This document shows, piece after piece, positions 1 to 15,983 of a DNA stretch of 64,000 nt (its first letter is position 1; the number at the start of each line of letters is the position of its first letter). The translations under genes were made by a program, and so were the position numbers. Source of the stretch: Mesotaenium endlicherianum (taxonomy: Eukaryota); assembly GCA_009602735.1 (NCBI GenBank), contig WELA01003597.1, forward strand, positions 813,157-877,156. Direction: 5' to 3'. Under the pieces are notes generated by a model. That model worked only from the letters and a program-made list of their open reading frames with translations. It had not been told where the DNA came from and ran no database searches.

Positions 1-632
1 AAGTCCACGTTATGCTTTTCAATTGCAAAAGCTTCAATATCTGGCCCCGCATACGCCGCATCTGGACATACATCAGCTACAATATGAACAATATCCAAGT
101 CTTCTCCTCTTGCAATGAGGCTTGCTTCTAGAACCATTGACACTTCTTCTTCTGTTACTCTACCAGCCTTCTGAGCTTTGACTAGTGCCGTGTCCAAATC
201 TGCCTTGCTTACTATCTGTATGCTCTCAACCACTTCGTCTGCCTTCAACTGGGCAAGGACCTTAAATTGTGCTAGGCGCTCCTCTGACCAAGCAGAACTT
301 TGGCCCAATCCATCAGAGCTGCCTCCTGCACAAACAGCTGCAGCCTTCTTGCAATCTCTCAAATACCACTTGGAGAACCTCTGTCCTATTGCCTGTCCCA
401 CCACTGATAATTTGACTATTGTTTCTGTCAATGTTTTGCATTGCAAAGGCCTTTTACGAGACCTTATGCTGTCACGTAAGCTGACAGAACAGAGTTCAGG
501 GGCCAAGAAAGAGGTGGATTTAAGGCAAGGAAGTAACCCCACGCGCATGTTGTTGCTGTTTGCTTCAATCACACGATAACTCAGGCTCCCTACAGGCCAC
601 TGCATCCTTATGAGCTGGGTCACCGCACTCAT
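1..632 (-). CDS. Partial protein-coding gene of unknown function, running off the left edge; possible N-terminal transit peptide
   Basis: Manual translation from ATG 632 (preceded by an in-frame TAA) is open for ~210 codons to the edge: MSAVTQLIRMQWPVGS...SEERLAQFKVLAQLKADEVVESIQIVSKADLDTALVKAQKAGRVTEEEVSMVLEASLIARGEDLDIVHIVADVCPDAAYAGPDIEAFAIEKHNVD. It is absent from the ORF track because it has no stop in the window. Confidence 0.65.
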   Translation of the reverse strand, partial: MSAVTQLIRMQWPVGSLSYRVIEANSNNMRVGLLPCLKSTSFLAPELCSVSLRDSIRSRKRPLQCKTLTETIVKLSVVGQAIGQRFSKWYLRDCKKAAAVCAGGSSDGLGQSSAWSEERLAQFKVLAQLKADEVVESIQIVSKADLDTALVKAQKAGRVTEEEVSMVLEASLIARGEDLDIVHIVADVCPDAAYAGPDIEAFAIEKHNVD

Positions 633-1096
633 TTTTTAGCTTGCTATCCACGTGGGATCTCTAACTGTTTGTGTAAGGGCAAATTTGTCTAGATACCTCC
701 TTCAACGGCCAGTTAATTAGAGAAAGGACAAGCCAACAATAATCCACGAACGCCCTTGATTTTCTATGACATGTCTGATGGCGCTGTATGGGTGAGCACA
801 ATGTTACCGAAAATTTCGTTTTTCCTCGAATAGCTTCTGTGAGCGTGTGCGATTCGCTTATATAAGATGTTAGTCAAGCTGTTCAACTTGCATAGAGCGA
901 AACAAGATACCGGGTGCCTAGCCTGAACATCCTATTCGTAGTACATGCAGGGCTTCTTTCATTAACGTCGTCTGCAACTCTCGTTCGCAGACAAATGGCA
1001 TTCGAACAATTTCTACACGAATTGAGGCCATGGTGTCTCTAGTTGAGGATTGTTCCAATCTGCTTCTTGGGCCACTGTGCCCGGCCTGACGCAGGC

Positions 1097-6288
<5,192 letters not shown>

Positions 6289-8223
6289 CTGGATATTTTG
6301 CAAGAGCATGAGGTGATTTATTTGGCGCACGCCATTTGAGTCAAGTTCATTCTTCTTTGGTATGAAATTCTATAGCTTTATGCTGTCCTCGTAGGAAGAA
6401 GTGTGGTATCACAGATGTCTTGTGACATATACTTTGTACCAATGCAATCAAACCTTATAGACTCATACAATGGGGAGCATGCATAGGGAGGACATTGTAC
6501 ACTAAATTCTATGCAGTACTCCGCTTGACCACATTTTTTGTTATGCTAGATTTGGGGATTAGTGTAAACGCAATGATGGGTTGACCTCGTAGTATTCAAG
6601 TGGAAGTAGAAGGTGGGTGCTCAACTTTGTGTGTGGATTTTAGTGCATGAAGTGCAGTAGTACCCGTGATCGTTGTTTATTCCGGTCGCCTACACACAAA
6701 ATTATGATAAAACAAAACAAAGCAAAAAACAAAAAAAGGGTATTGAAACTTGTAGGCATGATCAGTTGTGGACAGTGTGTACACTACAACTATGGGTGGC
6801 ATTTAATACAGTATACATCCAGGGAGTACCTATTAAGACCGAAGCATGGGGAATGAGATGGATTGTGTTGAAATTTGAAAGACTAGTAGCAACAACCGAT
6901 GGGGCAATATGGAAACATCTCCTTGACCCATCTAATAGCTAGGCTACTTTCCATGTTGGTTGCCGGAAGTCCGTCAACCTCACTTAATTAGCTTGTCCAA
7001 GCAACACTACTTCGCTATTAGCTTCTTGCTTTTGCAACCAGCAAACCACATACAACTATTTTCAGCTCAGTTGGCGGATGCCCGTGCTCAACATAATTGT
7101 TGAAAGAAATTACGGCATGTACATGCTATTGTTGCATAAATCATCACGCATGTATTTGAGAACATTCAACCACATATTTAAAAGATTTTCAAAATTACCA
7201 CTAGCCAACCTTAGCTTTTCTCGAGTTATGTAAAGCTTGATTTCTTCGTATGCAACAACCTCTCGTCAACAACAACTAAGCTCTTCACTTTCATGTAAGG
7301 TTGCATTAGCAACACATCGATGCAGTGGCATGATGCATCATCACCGTAATAGCTCAATTTGAGCCAAAGTGCAATATGCCAATTTTCAAGCTAGGCACAA
7401 CATTTTGACGAGATTTGCCACGCAGATTTGACATTTGACTCCGTGTAATAAGAGACAATTTGACTTTCCTGCATTGATGTTTTGCTCGAAACTCTCGTTA
7501 TTACTTAAAGGCCATCATTTTTCACTTTGGCACCTGCAAAGAAACTGATGCATTTTGTATGTATCTTTCGAAATATTATGCACGTTGAACAAAATTCGTC
7601 TAATTTGATGAATCAAATAAAACATACACCACCCGCTCCATACCATCAAATTGTCCTAAAGATCTCAAGACGATCTTTAGTCCAATCTTTGTTGAGCGCA
7701 GTCAACAACTTTCATGTATGTTGCTAAGCAACACTAACCATGCATCATGCTCTCCATGGCCACCTAAGATGTTGAAAGAGCTTAACTTTTCTAGAATGCT
7801 TAATATTTGAACTATGGCAGCCACATATGTTGTGAATTGCAAGGCGAAGGTGGTCTTGAGATTGCTAGATATCTCAATTTGACTTTGGAAAGAGGGTTTT
7901 GTCCTCTATCACATCACTTTGCTACGATTGTGTGTTGTGCTCGAATGTCACAAGGATCTTTGCTAAGTATTCTAGAAAACGATACCTCAATAGCGACAAC
8001 TTGTATGACCTACGCAAATGGGAAAATAATGCAAAGCAAAAAGTAGAGTATAGAATGCGTGCTTGTGCATTTACTGACACTTGCAACTATGTATACATGC
8101 ACAATGTGAGGCATTGGATACTTCTAGTCACCTCCTTGGGCACTTGATTCATTTGGAATACAAACGAGCTAAGCGGTTGTACTTGTTTTGGCCAAATGTT
8201 CCAAAACGAGCTGTAAGGCCAAT

Positions 8224-8772
8224 TGTAATGAATTAGTATATTGGTAGATGTAATAATTCAGTTAATTGTAATAGTTAATTAAGTTTAGTCTGGTAAACTT
8301 CAATAAATATTAAGTCTTCTGGACTTTTAGTAATATTCAGAATAATGACTCAGTTGAAGGCAGCATGAAGTCAACTTAAGTCAACTTGCTCGCACATTCT
8401 TTGACAACCAGCTGACCGGCTTAAGCAATACTAGCAAATTGCCTAGTAATGCATCTAATTGTGATATGCTAGATGAATGGCCAGATGCGCTATAGGCGGA
8501 TGGCGATTCGGAATGATGGGAGATGGCTGCGGATTTGGTTAGCCGAGGCCCTACCAACGTGGTTAACTCTCGGGTAGGCGTTGCCATCGCACTTCCCGTT
8601 GAACTGTAAACTCATTCCATGTACATATGCTACGTATTGCTCTCGAGTTCAGCATTTGAAAACGAGGCCAACTCTCCGTACAGACTACTAAGAGAAGATA
8701 TAAATCCAAGGCTGCAAGTCGTTACACAAGCCACTTACTAACCTTGCTTATGTATGAGTTTATTGATTGCAT
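8224..8772 (+). mobile_element. Degenerate, 3'-truncated family A LTR
   Basis: Starts TGTAATGAATTAGTATATTGGTAG like the LTR at 11770; similarity ends near 8772. Confidence 0.85.
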
Positions 8773-9554
8773 AAAGGGCCAAGCAGAGCAAAGCGAAGAA
8801 CAGCCGAGGCGGCTTAGAAGGTGGGCGCAACGAGCTGCAAAAAGGGAGCGCGCGTGCAAAGAGAGGGAGCGCTCGCATGCTTGAAAAGCGCGCACGGGGC
8901 GCGTGCCCAAGGCGTACCTGGGGGGCGTAGCAATTATTTTCGTTGGCAAAGTACGAGATCGGCCAGGCGGCGCTCCTCGATATAGTGCAGCGCCACGTTG
9001 CGCTGCTCTACGCCCTTGCTCTTCGTGAAGTTCAGCTGCCGCCCCGCCAGCCTGTCGGACACCCGCACTCGCATACCCGCACCAGCATCAGCACCCGCAT
9101 ACTCGCAATAGCATTAGCACCATCACCCCCACCTGCACCAGCGGCACACCATCAGCCCCAGCCCTGCAAACCAGCACCAGCAGCAGCACCACCACCAGCA
9201 CAGGCGCCAGCAGCAGCACCACTAGCCGTGGACTCCTCCTCAAATGGCACTAACCCCCGACAAGCAGAGAGGGAGCCAGCCGTCTTCTGACATGCAACAT
9301 TTCAGGTCCACCGCATAGCAGGAGAGAGGAATGGGAGTTTTGGAGCACCTAGTAATAGCCCCTTTTCACACTGTACACAGAAAAACCCAGCTTCACCTAC
9401 TCCAAGCCCCCCCACCCCTCCTGTGGCCCCTGTGCTGAGTCACTTGCTGTAAGAGCATTGTTTTCTCTCCAGATTATAACCCTACGGATACATAAGCATG
9501 CCTGACCACTTGGCTCTGCATGCATCCGCGTCAGGGAGCGGGAGTGAGAGACCT

Positions 9555-11769
9555 TAGCTCCCTCCCTCAATCCCTTGCTCAATTGCTCGGTCTCTCGCTC
9601 CCTTCCTCCCTCCTCCCTTCCTCGCTCCTTTCCTCCCTTCCTTGCTCTTTCTCTCACTCCTCCCACCAAACTTTCCTCCTCTCCATCCCACGCTCAGTCC
9701 ACCTTCCCCCGCTCTCCCTTGCTTGCAACTCCCTCCACCCCTCCCTCCTTCCCACCCTCGCTTCCTCTTTCTCTCCCACCCACCCACCCACCCTCTCTTC
9801 CTAGCTGCTACCNCCCACTTTCTTGCTGCACTGCCCTTCATCACTCGCAACTTTCTCTTTCTCCCCCACCCTCTCTAACTTGCTCTCTCTCCCTCCCTCC
9901 CGCCGTCTCTCTCTCCTTCCGTCTCCCTCCCTCTCTCCTTTGGTCTCTTGCTACCCCGCCCTGCCTCCCTCCCTCTCCCTCTCTCCCACTTGCCCTTCCC
10001 CAACCCTCCAAATCATCTTATTTTCCTTTGAAGTCCCCCCTACAACCCTTCTCCACCTGGCCTCCCTCCCTCAACTCTCGCTCATTGTCCCTCCCTCCCG
10101 CCATCGATACCTTCTCCCCTCACAGGCTCCCTCCCTCTCATACTTTCCCCCTCAATCCCTCCCTCCCCCCTCCCTCATTCTTTTACTCTATCTCTCTCCC
10201 TTTCTCATCGTTCCCGTCTGTTACGTTTCTGCTTTTCGAGAGGATCTTTCCTCGGTATTCAAGGAATATTTAATTCAAGTGGAAGGAAAATCTATATAAT
10301 TGTGCAAATCGACGAATACTCGAAAGAGCGAAAATGTAAACTAACGTAGAATGTGTGCTTGTGAGAGTTGCACTCACAATGACTCTACAGGTATTTATAC
10401 CTGCACAACATGAGGCACTGGAGTGCTTCGAGTCACCACCTAGGGCACTGGTTTATGTTCAACAAAAACGGTCAAAGGGACGTGTCCCATTCGGCCGAAT
10501 GCTCGAAACGCGCCGTTTGGCGGTTTGGAGACTTTTCAATGGTTTTCAGAAAACCGGTTCGCGCCAAACGGGCGTTTTCGCGTTCTCGCGACTTTTCGAA
10601 AAGTCGCGACTGTTCGCGGAGTCGCGTTCAGATCATTACATCATGAACCAGGAGTTACAAATAACTACTTGGCCAATTGGTTTAGGTGTGAACGTTTCAA
10701 ACGACAAGTCGCAGGTTCGAATCCGCCGATGCAAAGCGACTTTGCATATTTCGTTTCGTTTGTCTTTACTACGGTTGTTCGTATCTTGATACGACGGTTT
10801 GTTCGTATTAACGATTGGTCGTAAATTCAAAATCTGTGATTGTGCATTGTCGAAATAATGACAATCAAATCAACTTAATCAATCAATCATTTAATAAGTT
10901 ATCATCTCATAATTAATCAAAGTAACTTTATGAATAATTATGTCGTACTTTTGCGAAGTAGTCGAGTTACGTTACGACGCTTTTTGCAATAGTATTGCGG
11001 TCGTTTCGCCAATCGACCAGGAATTAATCGGCACACACGTGTGGCGAATAATTGAATATGATGCAATCATTTATCAAATAATATGATAAATAGTATAACG
11101 TACTTTAGGTAATTGGGAAAACGTCCCAAATACGCCTAAAATAGCTCGGATCGTTACACCGTCCCCTTCCCAAGTTTCCTCGCTTTCTCTGTCCACCCCT
11201 TGTTTCATCCCCCGCTTTAGCCCTCCCACCCACTCTCTTGTATATCCTCTTTCTCTCATCGCTGCCTCCCTCTCTTATTCCCTCCTTCCCACGCTCCCTC
11301 ACTCCCTCGCACTACTCTCCCCGCCTTCCACACTTCATCCGTCTCGCTCCTTCCCCCCCCCCTCCACGCTCTCTTCTGCGCTCCCTCCTCCCTCCCCTGC
11401 TCCCTCACACACTCCTCCCTTCCTCGCTCTCCTATTCCTTCCTCCCTTGCTCCCTCGCTCCCATCTCCCTCCCTCCCTCCCTCCCTCCTTCCTCCTCCCC
11501 TCTCCCCCTTCATCTCTCCCTCCCTCCTCCCTTCTCTCTCCCTCCCTTATCCCTCCTAATCTTGCTTTCCCCCTCGCTCCCCCCCTCGCTCCCCCCCTTG
11601 CTCCCTCCCTCGCCTTCCTTTCCCCCTCACTCAGTCTGTCGCTCTTCTCTCCCTCCCATGCTCCTTGCTTGCTCCCTCACTCACTCCCTACCCCACACCT
11701 TCCTCATTTGCTCCGTTCCAACAACCCTCCCTCTGTCGCACCCTGCCTCTCTTACAAACCTTCCCTCAC
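9555..11769. repeat. Long C/T-rich low-complexity tract, interrupted by a solo LTR
   Basis: Degenerate CCT/CTCC runs at 9555-10218 and 11159-11769. Confidence 0.9.
10219..11158 (-). mobile_element. Family B solo LTR with 5-bp TSD
   Basis: TG...CA ends; reverse complement of the LTRs at 48054 and 60224; TSD CCGTC at 10214-10218 and 11159-11163. Confidence 0.93.
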
Positions 11770-14700
11770 TGTAATGAATCAGTATATTGGTAGATATAAT
11801 AATCATTTACATATAATAGTAAATTAAGTTGCGTCTGCTGAACTGTAGTTAATAATCAGTGTGCTGGACTTCATATTTAATATCAATTTAATGACTCACC
11901 CGAAAGCAGCAGGCTGAAGTCAACTAAAGTCAGCTTGCTCACACATTCTTTGACAGCCAGCTGACTTCCGTACTCGGTAGCAGCGAACTGCCTCAATATG
12001 CATCTAAGTGTGGTATGCTAGATGAATGGCTAGATGACATCCCTATGATGAATGGCGATTCGGGATGATGGGAGATGGCGGTGGATTTGGTTAACCGAGA
12101 GGAACGGGTTTTTTTGGCGTAGGCATTTCGTTACCTTGACGTTCAGAAACTCCCCGGGCTCAAAGTCCTACCAACGTGGTTAACTCCCGGGTAGGCGGTG
12201 CCATCGCACTGGCCGTTGAACAGAAAACTCATTCCATGTACATATGCTAGACATTGCTCTCGAGTTCCGTATTCGAAAACGAGGCCAACTCTCTTGTATA
12301 AGCTTGCTGAGAGAGATCTGAATCCAAGGCGAGAAGCCATTGATACGCACTGTCTTCTCACCTTGCTTATGTATGAGTTTACTGATTGCATTATTGATGC
12401 TACTTTACTCGCATTTGACTTACGAGTATTCTTCACTGCTAGTGTGCTGTCCTTTGCCGTTTAACCAGTTAACGGAAAATACCATAAATGTTACTTGCTG
12501 ATATAATGATCTTTATTAATTGTTAATCGCCTATTTGGTAAGTCAATTCATTTCAGTGGTATCGGAGCAGTTATCACAGTCTTCTTTGTATGGTAAGGAC
12601 AAGGTTTCAAACTAGCAACTCCCGAGACATGGAGAACCAGGATAACGAGAATGTCAAGAACCAGGCGGAAAGCCATGTAGCGGGAACCCGTACCTATTCT
12701 GAAGCAATGGCAGATACTGTAGCTAGAGAGGCTGCAGATGAGGCAGCTGCTATTGCCCCAATCGCAGCACAGCAAGCTGAGGAGGAGAGAGCCAGATTAG
12801 AAGCTGAACAAATAGCAAAGGCTGCTGAAGATACAGAAAGATGGGAAGGACAGCCAGCTGACGAGCGCACTGTTGAAGAACTTATGGCATCAAGGGCCAA
12901 TGTTCTGAACCCATTTCCTGCTGTACAACTCAATGTACCCTAAGGTCAAATACGTGACCGGCTGAATGCGGCAGGATTTGCTGCTGCAGGAGCGAGAGGG
13001 ACTGTTGAGGACACTACTCAGCGAGTAGATGCCAATGCTGCTGTTGCATTTGCTAGACTACCACCCCAGAGTGTAGACTTGTGAGCATTGTTCGTTCAAA
13101 TGCAGTCCCAAATGGCGACCATGTATCAGTCCCAACAGGAGGACAAAAGAATCATAATGTCTCTACTGCGGGACAGAGACCAACTGGGGTCTCAAACCAC
13201 TGGTGGTGGTGGCAGAGGGCCTAGTAAGCCCAAGCCGAAACCTCCCCAGGACTATGATCCTGAGGGAAACAGAAAATATTACCTGATCAAGTTTCTCGCG
13301 GATGTTGAGCAGTGGCTGGAGAACTACCCAGAACTACAAGATTACGAGAAGGTCAGGCACACCGGTGCGCTACTGAAAGGCAGTGCCGCAGACTGGTGGC
13401 TTTACTGGAANTCCCCTCTCCCCCTTCATCTCTCCCTCCCTCCTCCCTTCTCTCTCCCTCCCTTATCCCTCCTAATCTTGCTTTCCCCCTCGCTCCCCCC
13501 CTCGCTCCCCCCCTTGCTCCCTCCCTCGCCTTCCTTTCCCCCTCACTCAGTCTGTCGCTCTTCTCTCCCTCCCATGCTCCTTGCTTGCTCCCTCACTCAC
13601 TCCCTACCCCACACCTTCCTCATTTGCTCCGTTCCAACAACCCTCCCTCTGTCGCACCCTGCCTCTCTTACAAACCTTCCCTCACTGTAATGAATCAGTA
13701 TATTGGTAGATATAATAATCATTTACATATAATAGTAAATTAAGTTGCGTCTGCTGAACTGTAGTTAATAATCAGTGTGCTGGACTTCATATTTAATATC
13801 AATTTAATGACTCACCCGAAAGCAGCAGGCTGAAGTCAACTAAAGTCAGCTTGCTCACACATTCTTTGACAGCCAGCTGACTTCCGTACTCGGTAGCAGC
13901 GAACTGCCTCAATATGCATCTAAGTGTGGTATGCTAGATGAATGGCTAGATGACATCCCTATGATGAATGGCGATTCGGGATGATGGGAGATGGCGGTGG
14001 ATTTGGTTAACCGAGAGGAACGGGTTTTTTTGGCGTAGGCATTTCGTTACCTTGACGTTCAGAAACTCCCCGGGCTCAAAGTCCTACCAACGTGGTTAAC
14101 TCCCGGGTAGGCGGTGCCATCGCACTGGCCGTTGAACAGAAAACTCATTCCATGTACATATGCTAGACATTGCTCTCGAGTTCCGTATTCGAAAACGAGG
14201 CCAACTCTCTTGTATAAGCTTGCTGAGAGAGATCTGAATCCAAGGCGAGAAGCCATTGATACGCACTGTCTTCTCACCTTGCTTATGTATGAGTTTACTG
14301 ATTGCATTATTGATGCTACTTTACTCGCATTTGACTTACGAGTATTCTTCACTGCTAGTGTGCTGTCCTTTGCCGTTTAACCAGTTAACGGAAAATACCA
14401 TAAATGTTACTTGCTGATATAATGATCTTTATTAATTGTTAATCGCCTATTTGGTAAGTCAATTCATTTCAGTGGTATCGGAGCAGTTATCACAGTCTTC
14501 TTTGTATGGTAAGGACAAGGTTTCAAACTAGCAACTCCCGAGACATGGAGAACCAGGATAACGAGAATGTCAAGAACCAGGCGGAAAGCCATGTAGCGGG
14601 AACCCGTACCTATTCTGAAGCAATGGCAGATACTGTAGCTAGAGAGGCTGCAGATGAGGCAGCTGCTATTGCCCCAATCGCAGCACAGCAAGCTGAGGAG

Positions 14701-15326
14701 GAGAGAGCCAGATTAGAAGCTGAACAAATAGCAAAGGCTGCTGAAGATACAGAAAGATGGGAAGGACAGCCAGCTGACGAGCGCACTGTTGAAGAACTTA
14801 TGGCATCAAGGGCCAATGTTCTGAACCCATTTCCTGCTGTACAACTCAATGTACCCTAAGGTCAAATACGTGACCGGCTGAATGCGGCAGGATTTGCTGC
14901 TGCAGGAGCGAGAGGGACTGTTGAGGACACTACTCAGCGAGTAGATGCCAATGCTGCTGTTGCATTTGCTAGACTACCACCCCAGAGTGTAGACTTGTGA
15001 GCATTGTTCGTTCAAATGCAGTCCCAAATGGCGACCATGTATCAGTCCCAACAGGAGGACAAAAGAATCATAATGTCTCTACTGCGGGACAGAGACCAAC
15101 TGGGGTCTCAAACCACTGGTGGTGGTGGCAGAGGGCCTAGTAAGCCCAAGCCGAAACCTCCCCAGGACTATGATCCTGAGGGAAACAGAAAATATTACCT
15201 GATCAAGTTTCTCGCGGATGTTGAGCAGTGGCTGGAGAACTACCCAGAACTGCAAGATTACGAGAAGGTCAGGCACACCGGTGCGCTACTGAAAGGCAGT
15301 GTCGCAGACTGGTGGCTTTACTGGAA
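11496..15326 (+). repeat. 1916-bp-offset tandem duplication around the N at 13411 (probable assembly overlap)
   Basis: 11496-13410 recurs at 13412-15326; ORF track entries repeat at +1916. Confidence 0.9.
11770..12555 (+). mobile_element. Family A 5' LTR (first of the duplicated copies), followed by PBS and gag start
   Basis: TGTAATGAAT...ATTCATTTCA, then TGGTATCGGAGC at 12557 (tRNA-iMet-type PBS). Confidence 0.92.
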
Positions 15327-15983
15327 AGGAGAGCGTAAGGCTCGGCAACTCGGTGACCCTACGTGGGTAGAGTTTGTCGAGAAGTTGCATGAGAAGTTTG
15401 ATGTCATCAACCAGCAGGAGAAAGCTATCTATGCGATAATCTCCTTGACACTGAAGCAGACCACTTCAGTTGCTGAGTTTTCTCAAAAGTTCCAGGAGAA
15501 CATGATGAAACAGCCAGACTTGCCAGAACCGTGTAGGATAGCAAACTTCACGTATGGCTTGAAATCCGAAGTCTCGGGTCATTTTGCTGAGAAGAAGTAT
15601 GAAAAACTGGCTGACTTGATCCAGGATGCTGATGCCTGGGATCAGCAACAGTTCAATCACAAGCGCAAGAGTAATGCTTTGGTGTCTAAGATTGTCAAAA
15701 ACTCCACGGTTCCTACAATGCAATTAATGGAGACCAGGCTGAGGATGCTCAGGGTGATGGATATGAGTATGAGTATAATGCTATGCAGTCTAGAGGTAGA
15801 GGTGGTTTCTCTCGAGGCGGCTATGGAAGAGGTGGTGGTAGGACTAAGCCGAGACCAGCCTCAGCAAAATTTGTTTGCTTCCATTGCCAGCAGACGGGTC
15901 ACTTCAGAGAGCAGTGTCCAGTCAAGCACCTCCCAAAGGTCGAGAAAAAGGACCAGCCTTTAAAAGGCAGCAACAGTCAGTAA
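14506..15983 (+). pseudogene. gag: gag of A1 (capsid plus CCHC zinc knuckle), disrupted
   Basis: FLADVEQWLE...[24 protein letters not shown]; stops at 14857 and 14998, frameshift near 15700. Confidence 0.9.

Noticed and set aside
6800..6945. Possible LINE C-terminal fragment (MRWIVLKF...IWKHLL)
   Set aside because: Too short and weak to support.
10660..10740. Functional tRNA gene
   Set aside because: Acceptor and anticodon stems do not pair; kept only as a tRNA-like promoter cassette.
9397..11827. Long P/S/L-rich and G/R/E-rich ORFs
   Set aside because: Artefacts of the stop-poor C/T low-complexity tract.
12143..12464. Recurring short ORFs within family A and B LTRs
   Set aside because: They recur only because the LTRs are repeated, and frames shift freely between copies.
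12557..12568. PBS TGGTATCGGAGC differing from the usual TGGTATCAGAGC
   Set aside because: Compatible with G-U pairing to initiator tRNA-Met; not evidence of a new primer.
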